A stretch of 64,000 nt of DNA from Candidatus Caenarcanales bacterium. Lineage in GTDB: Bacteria; Cyanobacteriota; Vampirovibrionia; LMEP-6097. Within the stretch, counting starts at the first letter, position 1. Every line of letters starts with the position of its first letter. The stretch covers positions 1,624 to 65,623 of the forward strand of contig JAKVAO010000005.1 in assembly GCA_022447685.1 (NCBI GenBank), written 5' to 3'. The notes beneath the pieces were generated by a model, which saw nothing but the letters and a program-made list of their open reading frames with translations, was not told where the DNA came from and ran no database searches. The position numbers and the translations under genes were made by a program. Shown here piece by piece: positions 37,728 to 48,146 of the stretch.

Positions 37728-40187
37728 ATGATTGCTTTAGCACCAGCTCTTACTGTTGATGATAATGGTAGTAAGAATAATAGGGTTACAAGCCACTTAC
37801 CAGATGCTAGTAGGACTTTACCTGCAAAAACAAAGTCTCAGTTCGTAAAACCTAAGCTTTTGTCTTTGTTTGAAAAAAGAACTGTGGATCCTAGGTTAAT
37901 AGGTGTATGGAATAAATCTTTAAGAATTGTTGATCTTGAAATTTTGAAGAAAATGAAAAAGAACGCTGTATTGAAAGAAGATTCTTTCAGAACTCTTTCG
38001 AAATTTTTACCTGATTTTAGAACCCTTAGGGCAAATATTGATGAATTGAAAAATGAAGATGAATATTTATGTCAGCAAGCTTACCCTCAGATCAAATTGT
38101 TATTTGAAGATTACCTGAGCAATATAAACTTAATAACTGAAAATATATATCGTGATTTGAGTTTTCATTTTGATAATGATCAAAAGAAAGAATTAACTGA
38201 ACGTATTCAGTCTTTAAGTGAAAGTTTAAGAGAACTTCATCAGGCTATCCCTATTGAAGATATTTCATTGAATTCGAAAAATGAAATTTTTTATCAAAAA
38301 CTAAATCAGATTAATTCCAATCATAGAGATTTGGTTAATTATATTGTCAAAAACTCTTATGAGCAGGACTATGAAAACAGGATAGAGCTGCTCCAAAGTC
38401 AAACTGTATTGAATTTAACTAAATTCAAAAATATAGATGAGCTTGAATTACAAAATTATCCACCATCTAACTTGAAGAATATTTTACTAAATATCAACTT
38501 AAAACTTTTAGTTGCTGAAGATGTTGCCCTCTCTGAGAAAAAAAGTAAACTGGAAAGGAAGTCTTTGCTTAAAGGTTTAGAAAATATTCAAGAGGCTCTA
38601 GAAAACTTTCCTGAAGATGAAGAATTAATATATAGTGGGGCTTTGCATTTAAAGCATTGTTTTAAAAATGAAATGGAAAATATACTTGGAGTTTCTCAGG
38701 TGAATAATGAGATGAAGTTAGAAGTATTATCCGATTTGATTAAATTACAGAGGTTTGACTTTAATTCAGATAATCCATTACAAGGTTTATTTAGTATTTT
38801 GAATAATATTGATGATGATCAAATAATAACTTTATTGGCTGATGATATTGTGCTTAAGGGATTTTTAGAGTCTGGAGAGGGAGGAGAGTTTATCCATCAA
38901 TTAAGTGAATTAAGGGAGACGGTAAATAACAGCTTCGAAAACTGGCTTTTCATCGGGGCAAGTCAAAGGAAAAAAAGTTTAACCAAGTCAAGAGAACAAT
39001 TTGAAAAAATGCAAGCTAGGTTAGATAATATTATCAAGCAATCGGGTAATTATGTAAGGTCTTTAAATTTCGAACGTTTGAGTGATTATTTGCCAAAAAA
39101 AATTGATGAGCTCCAATATTCTAATTTAGGATTATTTATTCAAAGCCTAGAGTCATTAAAAAATACTCTGGAGATTCAATTAGAAGACGGGAAAATAAGG
39201 AATTTTTTGAAAAATCGTCTACCTAAACTTATTGAAGCCAGTAACCAAAAGTTACCAGGTGCTTATATCCCTGATGACGTTAGTCCAGATAGGTGTAATA
39301 ATATTTCTGGCTTTGGTAAATATATTGAAGAACTTAAAAAGTTAAGCTTGGAAAAATTTCTTGTTAAAGAAACAAGTGATGAAATATTAAGGACAAAACA
39401 AGTATTAAAGCATAGAGATCAGAATCTTGAATTGCTTGTTTATAACCCTAAGCAAATTAATCAATGGTTTTCAAAATTAGTGTTTAATGCATCTTTAATT
39501 GACAATGAAAATCCAAATTCACTTGTTTGGGAAGGAGTAGGTTTTTTTAAATTGAAACAAGTCTTATCCTCTATGCAGGAATCTGTAAAACAGCTTTTTG
39601 AATATGCTAAGCCGGAATTTGAAGTAGAGAATTCTCGCGAGCATGAAATATCTAAGTTAAGTAAGTTAGATGAATTTATGAATGAGGCAAGTAAGGTATC
39701 TGGTTATTTTGAATTTGGACAATCTGTGGCTGAAAGAATTCTCTCACCAATGTTTAAAAGTAACATGTGGATTAAAAGCAATAAGGTTCAAAAACAATTA
39801 ATTAATAGTGGTTTTAGGACTGGTTTAAACTATCGCTCAGAGATGATAATTCCTGGTTTAATGGAAATTAAACATAAACCAGAGGACGTATTCTTAAATA
39901 GATATGAGCAAAATATAAAAGATAATGTTGAAGTTGCTTTTGGACCTATCCGTATTTATGGAGCTCCCATTATTCAAGGAGATAAAAAATCATTTTTGAT
40001 TTTGAATATTGGACATAATAAAAAAGCTGACCTACAAATAATTGATTTGGAACAAGCTTTGCGTAACTTACTCACTTACTATAGTAAATTTAAGAAAAAT
40101 GCAATCGAGAAAGCCGGTGGTGATCAGAAAAAAGCTGAAAAGATCATACAAGAATTTAGATCTCAAAACAAGCATCTTTTTCTATAG
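37728..40187 (+). CDS. Large helical hypothetical protein
   Basis: 819-aa ORF rich in L/E/K/N; no motif recognised. Confidence 0.8.
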   Translation: MIALAPALTVDDNGSKNNRVTSHLPDASRTLPAKTKSQFVKPKLLSLFEKRTVDPRLIGVWNKSLRIVDLEILKKMKKNAVLKEDSFRTLSKFLPDFRTLRANIDELKNEDEYLCQQAYPQIKLLFEDYLSNINLITENIYRDLSFHFDNDQKKELTERIQSLSESLRELHQAIPIEDISLNSKNEIFYQKLNQINSNHRDLVNYIVKNSYEQDYENRIELLQSQTVLNLTKFKNIDELELQNYPPSNLKNILLNINLKLLVAEDVALSEKKSKLERKSLLKGLENIQEALENFPEDEELIYSGALHLKHCFKNEMENILGVSQVNNEMKLEVLSDLIKLQRFDFNSDNPLQGLFSILNNIDDDQIITLLADDIVLKGFLESGEGGEFIHQLSELRETVNNSFENWLFIGASQRKKSLTKSREQFEKMQARLDNIIKQSGNYVRSLNFERLSDYLPKKIDELQYSNLGLFIQSLESLKNTLEIQLEDGKIRNFLKNRLPKLIEASNQKLPGAYIPDDVSPDRCNNISGFGKYIEELKKLSLEKFLVKETSDEILRTKQVLKHRDQNLELLVYNPKQINQWFSKLVFNASLIDNENPNSLVWEGVGFFKLKQVLSSMQESVKQLFEYAKPEFEVENSREHEISKLSKLDEFMNEASKVSGYFEFGQSVAERILSPMFKSNMWIKSNKVQKQLINSGFRTGLNYRSEMIIPGLMEIKHKPEDVFLNRYEQNIKDNVEVAFGPIRIYGAPIIQGDKKSFLILNIGHNKKADLQIIDLEQALRNLLTYYSKFKKNAIEKAGGDQKKAEKIIQEFRSQNKHLFL

Positions 40188-40217
40188 TAAACAGAACTTC
40201 TAAATTATAGACTAATA

Positions 40218-41219
40218 ATGCTAAAATCAATCTTTGGCATGTATTCTAAGCATTTAATTTCGATTGCAGATCTTAGTAATGAAGAAATCCTTAGGATTTT
40301 AGATAGAGCTAAGTATTGGTGTGAGCATCAAGAAGATGAGGTGCCAGAATCGCTTAAATCTCTAAGTAAACCTATAGTTTGTAATTTGTTTTTTGAACCT
40401 AGTACTAGAACAAGATTCTCATTTGAAGTTGCTGCTAAGAAGATGAATCTTCACGTTTTAAATTTTGATTTTAAAAGTTCTAGTTCCCAGAAAGGTGAGT
40501 CTTTCTACGATACTGTAAGAACGCTTGAAGCTATGGGGGTAAAAGTTGCAATAGTAAGATCTACTGAGGAAAATCTTTTGGGTTCTATCGCTGATCAGAT
40601 GCAAAATGTTGCTCTTGTCAATGCTGGAGCTGGAGTGAGCGATCATCCAACTCAGGCACTACTCGATATGATGACGATTATGCAAGAGTTTCCTAAGATT
40701 GAGGGTTTGAATATAGCTATAGTTGGTGATGTTAAGCATAGCCGTGTTGCAAGATCTTCGATTCAGACTCTTTCTCGTTTCGGAGCTAATATTATGATTT
40801 GTGGGCCAGATGAATTTATTCCTGACTTAGAGATTGTTTCTATAAAAACAGCTAGAGCTAATTATGCTTACTCTGAGACTACAGCTCAGGCTATTCTGGA
40901 TAAAGTAACTGTGGTTCAAGACATGGATGAGGCGATTTATAAGGCTGATATCGTCATGATGCTAAGAATTCAGAATGAGAGACATAATTATAGTTTAGGT
41001 CAGTATCGTGAAAAATATGGACTTACTACTGATAGAGCAAGGATGATGAAAGAAGGTGCTAAAATTATGCATCCAGCACCTTTCAATAGAGGGGTTGAGA
41101 TTGATGACGAGATGGTAGAAGCTGCTAACTCCCTCATCTTTAGGCAGGTGGCTAATGGTGTTGCTGTTAGAATGTCAGTGCTCGAAAGAGCTGTTGCTGA
41201 TGCTAAAGTAAAAGTCTAA
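40218..41219 (+). CDS. pyrB: Aspartate carbamoyltransferase catalytic subunit
   Basis: FFEPSTRTRFSF, HPTQALLD, GDVKHSRVA, LRIQNER, MHPAPFNRG. Confidence 0.98.
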   Translation: MLKSIFGMYSKHLISIADLSNEEILRILDRAKYWCEHQEDEVPESLKSLSKPIVCNLFFEPSTRTRFSFEVAAKKMNLHVLNFDFKSSSSQKGESFYDTVRTLEAMGVKVAIVRSTEENLLGSIADQMQNVALVNAGAGVSDHPTQALLDMMTIMQEFPKIEGLNIAIVGDVKHSRVARSSIQTLSRFGANIMICGPDEFIPDLEIVSIKTARANYAYSETTAQAILDKVTVVQDMDEAIYKADIVMMLRIQNERHNYSLGQYREKYGLTTDRARMMKEGAKIMHPAPFNRGVEIDDEMVEAANSLIFRQVANGVAVRMSVLERAVADAKVKV

Positions 41220-42007
41220 TGCTGAAAATATATCCAAAAGTAAAGGAAAATACAGAGATTGCAGATGCAATCTATAAGCTAGTTTTGGAAGGGGATTTCC
41301 CTCAGTCTGAATTCAAGCCTGGTAAATTTTTGCATGTGAAATGTTCTGATGGACTTGATCCACTCTTACGTCGCCCAATGAGTATTTGTGATATTAGTGA
41401 CGATGCCAAGTCTATGACTGTTTTGTATCGTAGCGAGGGGCGTGGTACTGAACTAATGTCTCGCTGGCAAGCTGGAAGAGTAGTTGATATGCTTGCACCA
41501 CTTGGCAATAATTTTGATTTGGATGCGGTGAAAACTAAATCTAAAATTGTCTTAGTTGGTGGTGGTATTGGTGTCCCACCTTTATATTATCTCGGTAGGA
41601 AATTGAAAGAGCAGGGGCATGAGCTAGTTTCAATCTTGGGCTTTAATTCATCTAAGGATGTTTTCTATGAAAAGGAATTTGCTAGTTTCTCTGAGAAAGT
41701 CTATATAACTACAGTTGATGGTAGTCAAGGTATGAAAGGTTTTGTTACTCATGCTTTAAGTGATTTGGGAGAAGCTAACTGGGGTTTTCTCTATTCATGT
41801 GGTCCTACTGCAATGCTTAAAGCTCTTCAATCTGAAGTGCCAGAGAATAAAACAGCGTATATGTCCTTAGAAGAGCGTATGGGCTGTGGTGTCGGTGCTT
41901 GCCTTGCTTGTGTTTGCAAGTATAGTGAAGGCTTTGAAAGAGATAAAAATTATTCTAGAGTTTGCACAGAGGGTCCTGTCTACTCTCTTCAAGAAGTTAA
42001 ACTTTAG
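41219..42007 (+). CDS. pyrK: Dihydroorotate dehydrogenase electron-transfer subunit
   Basis: LRRPMSI, GGGIGVPP, CGPTAM, EERMGCGVGACLAC, VCTEGPV. Confidence 0.93.
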   Translation: MLKIYPKVKENTEIADAIYKLVLEGDFPQSEFKPGKFLHVKCSDGLDPLLRRPMSICDISDDAKSMTVLYRSEGRGTELMSRWQAGRVVDMLAPLGNNFDLDAVKTKSKIVLVGGGIGVPPLYYLGRKLKEQGHELVSILGFNSSKDVFYEKEFASFSEKVYITTVDGSQGMKGFVTHALSDLGEANWGFLYSCGPTAMLKALQSEVPENKTAYMSLEERMGCGVGACLACVCKYSEGFERDKNYSRVCTEGPVYSLQEVKL

Positions 42008-42022
42008 TGTTAGTCTATTGAT

Positions 42023-42985
42023 ATGTTTATTTTCGGTATCGGTACTGGTCGTTGTGGTACTCAGACTTTATCTGACTATCTAGGACTACAGAAAATAAAT
42101 ACTCGTCATGAGTCTATGATTTTGCCTTGGGAATTTTCTGAGGACGGTGCTGTTGAATTTCTTGAGCATATGCAAAAAGCAGTAACTATTGATTACCCTA
42201 ATGTTGCAGAGGTTAATTTTTCTTTGCTCAATTATGTCGATTACCTAATTGAAAACTTAAAAGAAGTCAGATTTGTTGTTATGAAGCGTATCAAAGCTGA
42301 TACCGTGAAGTCATGGATGGCAAATAAGGCGATCTACAATTTCTGGTCAAATCCAGAGCATGAATCATTTGTAAATGGTGATTATTTGCGTGAAGTTCAC
42401 TTGAGTCTATCTTTTCCAAAGTATGACTTAGATAAAGAGTCTGCAATTGCTCATTACTGGGATGATTATTACGATAAAGCTGCTGAACTTAAAGATAAAT
42501 ATCCAGATGAAATCATTGAGTTCGATATGTACAAACTTTTCTCTTCTGTTGAAGCTCAGAATCTTATGCTTGATTTTATTAAAGTTAAGCAAGAGCATAG
42601 ATTTACTGCTGAAATTAAAAAAAAAGCAGAGATGAAAAGACCCGACGCTCAGATTTTTGCTTTGAAAGATTTATATGATGATAATAAGCTTGATTTAAGT
42701 GAGACTAAGCTAGATATAAGTTTTGATGCTGACTTGCTTATACGATTTTTACTGCTTATGTGCTGCTTAAATAAAAAATTCCTTAAAGTTTTTGATGCGA
42801 TAGAAGAATTTCGTGAAGAATTGGGGGATTTCTTTGTGGATTATTCTTTTGTAGAGAAGCAAGATTTGCTCAATAAAGATTTGCATTCTTTGCTTGCTCA
42901 CCTTAATACCAGTAGGGAACTTTATAATTATTCTGCTGATCTTGCACTGAAAGTCAAGAATTTAGCTATTTCCAAGTATCTATAA
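42023..42985 (+). CDS. Sulfotransferase-like P-loop protein
   Basis: N-terminal FGIGTGRCGTQTL resembles the 5'-PSB loop; KR..DTVKSW segment. Confidence 0.65.
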   Translation: MFIFGIGTGRCGTQTLSDYLGLQKINTRHESMILPWEFSEDGAVEFLEHMQKAVTIDYPNVAEVNFSLLNYVDYLIENLKEVRFVVMKRIKADTVKSWMANKAIYNFWSNPEHESFVNGDYLREVHLSLSFPKYDLDKESAIAHYWDDYYDKAAELKDKYPDEIIEFDMYKLFSSVEAQNLMLDFIKVKQEHRFTAEIKKKAEMKRPDAQIFALKDLYDDNKLDLSETKLDISFDADLLIRFLLLMCCLNKKFLKVFDAIEEFREELGDFFVDYSFVEKQDLLNKDLHSLLAHLNTSRELYNYSADLALKVKNLAISKYL

Positions 42986-43074
42986 TTACCGCTTCTGTAT
43001 GTTTGCGATTATCTCGCTAAACTTTGTATAATATATTGGAGTCTACTCTCAGAAGTAGTCATTGTTTATAAATT

Positions 43075-43731
43075 ATGAGTGATCAATTTGTTAGCAAAAA
43101 AAAGGCAGATGAGCTACAAAGGAAGCTTCAACAAAATATGTCTAAAGAGAATTTTATGGAAGAGACTAATTTAGAAGATAGCTATGAAATTTCAGAAGCA
43201 GCTCAAAGCCAGGTTGAGGAAGCTGACTCTCAGCAAGAGCAAGCTGTGCATGGAGCTAAACAGCCACCTGTCGATAATGCTAGCTATGAACAGTTAAAAA
43301 AAGATTTTGAGGAATTAGATAGTAGTTACAAAAGATTGTGGGCTGATCAGCAAAATATGCTTAAGAGATTCCAGAAAGAGAAGGATGATTTAAGAAAATT
43401 TGCAGCAGCTAATACTATTGAAGCAATTTTGCCAGCTTTGGATAACTTTGATTTTGCGAAGAAGAGTTTGAATCAGGATACCGCTTTTGAAGAAATTATC
43501 AAGAGCTTTGATATGCTTAAATCCCAATTCCAGATGGCTTTGCAGGCTGTTGGTTTAAGTGAAATTGCTACTAATGTACCATTCGATCCAACTAAGCATG
43601 AAGCTGTTACGAATGTTCCAAGTGCAGAGCATGAGCCTGGAACTATTATAGAGGTTGTAAAACCTGGCTATATACTTGGAGAAAGAGTTGTAAGAGCTGC
43701 AACTGTTGTTGTTGCATCTAAACCTGAGTAA
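43075..43731 (+). CDS. grpE: Nucleotide exchange factor GrpE
   Basis: ILPALDNF, FDPTKHEAV, KPGYILGERVVRAATVVV. Confidence 0.96.
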   Translation: MSDQFVSKKKADELQRKLQQNMSKENFMEETNLEDSYEISEAAQSQVEEADSQQEQAVHGAKQPPVDNASYEQLKKDFEELDSSYKRLWADQQNMLKRFQKEKDDLRKFAAANTIEAILPALDNFDFAKKSLNQDTAFEEIIKSFDMLKSQFQMALQAVGLSEIATNVPFDPTKHEAVTNVPSAEHEPGTIIEVVKPGYILGERVVRAATVVVASKPE

Positions 43732-43736
43732 TTAAA

Positions 43737-44411
43737 GTGGAACTAGAGAAAAAAAGTTTTTTAGTAATTGGTTTAGGACGCTTCGGTTCTAATGTTTCAT
43801 CTGCATTCTTTAGTAATGGGCATGATGTACTGGCGGTTGATAGAGATATTAATGTTGTTCAGAATGTTGTTGAACAAAGGACCGTAGAGAACGCTATCCA
43901 AATAGATGGTATTGATAGTAACTCACTTAGAAGATTGGATCTTGAGAGGTTTGCAGCGGTTATTGTTTCTGTAGGAACTAGTATTGAAGACAGTTTACTT
44001 ATCTGCGCAACGCTAAAAGAGCTTGGTGTCCAGAAAATAGTAGCTAAAGCTAGTAACCAGATGCATGGTAGTATTTTAGAAAAAATTGGTGTGGATTTAA
44101 TTGTTTACCCTGAGGCTGAGATGGGAAGAAGAGTCGCTAATCAGCTTATGGGGCTTAATTTTCTGGATGAGTTTCCACTTACTGAAAATTTTAGTATCAG
44201 TGAAATTAGTTTACCTAAGACATATGTCTCTAAAACTCTTGCAGAGTCTAAGATTCGCTCTGATTATCACCTGAATATACTTGCAATTAGAAGATCTGGC
44301 GGACATTTTAGTATTTCTCCTTCTGCTGCTACAACTTTCCAGCAAGATGATCACATTCTAGTAATTGGTACTCATGATGATATTGAGAAATTTAAAGAAT
44401 TAAATGTTTAA
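43737..44411 (+). CDS. trkA: TrkA/KtrA potassium-uptake regulatory subunit
   Basis: VIGLGRFG, KIVAKA, PEAEMG; C-terminal RCK_C domain. Confidence 0.9.
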   Translation: MELEKKSFLVIGLGRFGSNVSSAFFSNGHDVLAVDRDINVVQNVVEQRTVENAIQIDGIDSNSLRRLDLERFAAVIVSVGTSIEDSLLICATLKELGVQKIVAKASNQMHGSILEKIGVDLIVYPEAEMGRRVANQLMGLNFLDEFPLTENFSISEISLPKTYVSKTLAESKIRSDYHLNILAIRRSGGHFSISPSAATTFQQDDHILVIGTHDDIEKFKELNV

Positions 44412-45234
44412 TTTCAAACTTACTGTCGAATACAACGGTAAAAATTTTTCTGGTTCTCAAGTGCAAAATCGAGACCAAGAAGCTCAAGGCTTAAGAACAG
44501 TTCAGGGAGACTTGGAGAAGGCTTTGTCTGTTTATTTTAGGGTAAGTGAAACTATTCTCACTAATTTCTCTGGGCGCACAGATTCTGGTGTTCATGCTAT
44601 TGGTCAAGTTGTTAACTTTAAAATATCCGAGTCTCAACTCACAAACACATCAGATGATTTTCTTCAGTTGATTGAAACTAACCCAGATAAATTTTTAATT
44701 GGTTTAAATGGAATACTTGATGATGATTTAGCTGCCGTGAAGGTAGAGAGAGTTGCAGAAGATTTCAATGCTAGATTTGATGCTAAATCTCGTGAGTATA
44801 TGTATAAGATCTTCACTAGACGCCATAAGCCTGTTCTGAGGCTTGATAGTTTAGCTTGGGTGAAAGAGCCATTGGATTTTGAAGCTATGGAATTACACGC
44901 TAAGAAGTTTCTTGGTAAGCAAGACTTTAGGGATTATTCGAAGCAAGAAGATTACCAAAATAATACTGAATGTGAAGTTTATGAGTCAGAGTTGATTAAA
45001 GAATCCAAGATATGTTTTAAATATAGAATTAAGGCTGACCGCTTTCTAAGGCACATGGTTAGAAGAATTGTAGGTGAGCTTATAGAAGTAGGAAAGCTTG
45101 CTGCTGTAGGTGAAGTTTATGACTCTGATAATTTTGCTATTCTTGATAAGGCTGGAGATCAGCTTCTAAAAATACAGACTCAAAAATCAGCTCCAGCAGA
45201 AGGGCTCAGTCTTATGAAAGTCGAATACTCATGA
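44404..45234 (+). CDS. truA: tRNA pseudouridine(38-40) synthase
   Basis: SGRTDSGVHAIGQ, FNARFDA, FLRHMVR, APAEGL. Confidence 0.97.
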   Translation: MFNFKLTVEYNGKNFSGSQVQNRDQEAQGLRTVQGDLEKALSVYFRVSETILTNFSGRTDSGVHAIGQVVNFKISESQLTNTSDDFLQLIETNPDKFLIGLNGILDDDLAAVKVERVAEDFNARFDAKSREYMYKIFTRRHKPVLRLDSLAWVKEPLDFEAMELHAKKFLGKQDFRDYSKQEDYQNNTECEVYESELIKESKICFKYRIKADRFLRHMVRRIVGELIEVGKLAAVGEVYDSDNFAILDKAGDQLLKIQTQKSAPAEGLSLMKVEYS

Positions 45235-46347
45235 ATATGCAAATTCTCTTGCTGGTATTGGTTCAGAACTATTGATTTTTTTTGCTTCGAAGGCACTTGC
45301 AATGTTTTTGATTCCAGAGAATATGGGTTGGAGAACCATTACTGAAAATTTTGGATATTTGTAAGCTAATGTATTCGATACTGCATAGCCGAGTGTCGAT
45401 ATTTGCTCAAACTTACCAGATTTTTTCAAATAATTACTTTTCATATTTTGAGTATTGGCTCCAGCCGCGAAAGAAAATATACTAGGACTAACATTTAAGG
45501 TATTTAAAAATATATTGCTGAGTGATTGCTGCCCAATGGCTTTTGTAAATGTTGTTAAAGCGGTTAATACTACACTTGTGAGAGTTGAAACGGCGTGTAC
45601 ATGAGGGATATTGAATTGTCCTTTACCTGCTAATGATTTAAATGTTTCAAGTAGTAGTTGTGGTTTGTCAGTTAAAGCTTGCTGAGCTAATTTGAAGTTA
45701 AATTTACCATCTTCAATAAAACCATTTATTAGCCCTTCTTTACCTTGGTAATTTATTTCTTGTTTAGCTTGAGTGATCAAATCTCTAATAGGTCTGTGCT
45801 CTTCATCATCAGATTCCATAACGTGATCTGAATGTAAAGTGGTCATCCCCATGTTCCCAATATGAGTCACATAGCGAGAAAACCTTCCTATGAAGGAATC
45901 ACTCTTAAACAAGGCGCTGAGCCCACTTAAACCAGTTGGAATAATTAAGCCTGGATTTATTTTTCTGTTTGTATCCAGCGCACCTCTGCCTACCCAAGAA
46001 GCTACTTCACTTAGATATGCTGTTCTCTGTAATTTATCTCCAATAGCTTTACTGGTATCGTTATTCACTAGTGAAAAAGCAGAAGATAGAAAAAATAATG
46101 CTGAGGAAAAAAGAAAGGATTTGTCTAAGTTATTGAAGAGAGTAGTTTTAATATTTTCTGGTTTGCCTGTTTCTACTGAAGCCTCTTTTAGAAGAGTTTC
46201 TTGTATCTCTCTATCGCCAAGTTCTTGAATATTCTCATTTTCAAGACTTTCAGTATCTTTACTCTCCATAGCCAAGCTTTCTGATGGCAATTCAATAAAT
46301 TCCTCAGTCTTATCTTGGTGCTTGGGAATTGGGATTTCTATACGCAT
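45229..46347 (-). CDS. Hypothetical protein, acidic N-terminus and several moderately hydrophobic helices
   Basis: 372-aa ATG ORF. Confidence 0.7.
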   Translation of the reverse strand: MRIEIPIPKHQDKTEEFIELPSESLAMESKDTESLENENIQELGDREIQETLLKEASVETGKPENIKTTLFNNLDKSFLFSSALFFLSSAFSLVNNDTSKAIGDKLQRTAYLSEVASWVGRGALDTNRKINPGLIIPTGLSGLSALFKSDSFIGRFSRYVTHIGNMGMTTLHSDHVMESDDEEHRPIRDLITQAKQEINYQGKEGLINGFIEDGKFNFKLAQQALTDKPQLLLETFKSLAGKGQFNIPHVHAVSTLTSVVLTALTTFTKAIGQQSLSNIFLNTLNVSPSIFSFAAGANTQNMKSNYLKKSGKFEQISTLGYAVSNTLAYKYPKFSVMVLQPIFSGIKNIASAFEAKKINSSEPIPAREFAYS

Positions 46348-46375
46348 AGCAATGGCGCTATACGTGTTATTTTAG

Positions 46376-47299
46376 CTAATTTAGCCAAATTTTTCTTTCA
46401 TCTTCAGTGAAAAAGCCTATCGGTTGGACTTCTGGCAATAGTTGTATGTTTTTCTTTTCTATGGCTAAACCTTGTACTAGAGAGACAAGTTCTATGAAAT
46501 CAGAGGAACTTGCAGACCCTGTATTTTCAAAAAAGTTAGCATGAACATCAGAAACTTGCATTTCTCCAATACTAAGTTCTTTGCCACCGATGTCTTGGAT
46601 TAATTTCCCTGCTGGATAATCAGATTGAGGGTTTTTGAAGGTACAACCACAGGTCCAAGCTTTTAATGGTTGGCTAGTAGTTCTAGATTTATTGTAAGAA
46701 GCGACACGCGAGCGAATTTCTTCTTTCTCGGCGAACTCTAGTTTAACTTTTACTGAGAGTACACAATATCTCTCTGGGTCGATCACAGAAGATCGATAAG
46801 AAAAATTCATATCATTATGATTAAATTCATGAATCTCTAGAGTTTCTAAGTCTAGTACTTTCGCTGAAACGAAGATATCTGCAAATTCACGTCCGTGGGC
46901 TCCAGCATTCATAACTAAACCACCACCGATACTACCTGGAATACCAACCATGAATTCTGCTCCTGTGAGTGATTTGTGGATCATTTTGCCGCAGAATCTT
47001 GGCATCTTCAGACCTACTCCAAGATCAAAAACATTATTAATATCTTCTTTGATGAAGTCTATTTTTAAAGTTGAAATTAGTAAAGAATCAATTTTTTTAG
47101 AGCTTAGTAGCGAATTTGAACCACCACCTAGGAACATAACTTTGATTCCGTTATCTTTTGCAAACTTAAGAAGTTCGATTAGCTCTTCAATATTTTTTGG
47201 CTGGGCGAAATGATCTGCAACGGCTTTAATCCGTAAAGTACTTAAATCTGTAACATCTACGTTTTTTTGTATCTCCATTTGAGATTTAAGCGTAAGCAT
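46376..47299 (-). CDS. murB: UDP-N-acetylenolpyruvoylglucosamine reductase
   Basis: GGGSN, GIPGSIGGGLVMNAGA, FSYRSS, GCTFKNP, SDVHANF. Confidence 0.97.
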   Translation of the reverse strand: MLTLKSQMEIQKNVDVTDLSTLRIKAVADHFAQPKNIEELIELLKFAKDNGIKVMFLGGGSNSLLSSKKIDSLLISTLKIDFIKEDINNVFDLGVGLKMPRFCGKMIHKSLTGAEFMVGIPGSIGGGLVMNAGAHGREFADIFVSAKVLDLETLEIHEFNHNDMNFSYRSSVIDPERYCVLSVKVKLEFAEKEEIRSRVASYNKSRTTSQPLKAWTCGCTFKNPQSDYPAGKLIQDIGGKELSIGEMQVSDVHANFFENTGSASSSDFIELVSLVQGLAIEKKNIQLLPEVQPIGFFTEDERKIWLN

Positions 47300-47402
47300 C
47301 CTTCCATTATCAAGGATAACAGCGATTTATATATTTATCTTAATTTTTTTTAAGTTAGATTTAAGTTTCTCAAGCCAATAATATAATAAGGCATAATTAG
47401 AT

Positions 47403-48146
47403 TTGACTTTGAAGATGAATAGATTACTAGTATTTATATTATTTGTGATCACATTTGTGACTAATAGTGCCGCTTATGCTCTTGAAACCAAGGGTATTCC
47501 TGATGGTATAGCTGAATTATTTGATGAAAAAGCTGAAGTGGTTGCTAACTATTCCCCAATGCTTGCATTAAGAGGCCTTGCTAATAGTAAAATCTACAGA
47601 AAAAAGGGTAAAGCACATCTAGAAAGATATTGTTACCGCGCTAATGAGAAATCTCCTTACCAAAAAACTATAGTTAATATCAATGTCCATACTGATGAAT
47701 GGCGCAAAAGAGTTGTTGAAGCTTTTGGAACTATTAATGGGCACCCACTCTATTACAAAAATATTATGGAGTTTAGTTTCCCAAGGAAAGCTCAGATGAA
47801 CGCTTATTGTAATGTTGATGATAGCTATAATCTTCTATCTCTTTATATAGAAAGTGATGGTAATAAAATGACCAACAAAGTTCTAGGTTATTTTGCTGGA
47901 AGATCTGTGCAGTATCTAACTACTCATCGCTTGTCTGAAGGAGTTCTCTCTGGTTCTAACTACAAGATCTATATTGAGGGTGAGCACGATAAAGATAGTT
48001 CTTTGTTGAAGCTTAAAAGCGATGGATTCTTCGATGAGGTGAAGATAAGTGGTGAAGGTCAAGAGATCAAAAAAGACGAATATGAGTTTGTTGAAAGATT
48101 TGGGACAATCACTGTAAAAACTTTCCTTAAAGTAGAGAATGACTAA
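47403..48146 (+). CDS. Hypothetical exported protein
   Basis: Signal-like MNRLLVFILFVITFVTNSAAYA (ATG at 47415 is a likely start). Confidence 0.7.
   Translation: MTLKMNRLLVFILFVITFVTNSAAYALETKGIPDGIAELFDEKAEVVANYSPMLALRGLANSKIYRKKGKAHLERYCYRANEKSPYQKTIVNINVHTDEWRKRVVEAFGTINGHPLYYKNIMEFSFPRKAQMNAYCNVDDSYNLLSLYIESDGNKMTNKVLGYFAGRSVQYLTTHRLSEGVLSGSNYKIYIEGEHDKDSSLLKLKSDGFFDEVKISGEGQEIKKDEYEFVERFGTITVKTFLKVEND

Noticed and set aside
40218-42007. pyrB-pyrK without adjacent pyrC or pyrD; trkA (43737-44411) without trkH
   Set aside because: Scattered operons are common; the partners may lie outside the window.
42617-42625. A9 homopolymer as a phase-variation site
   Set aside because: The gene is in frame, and such runs are expected at this AT content.
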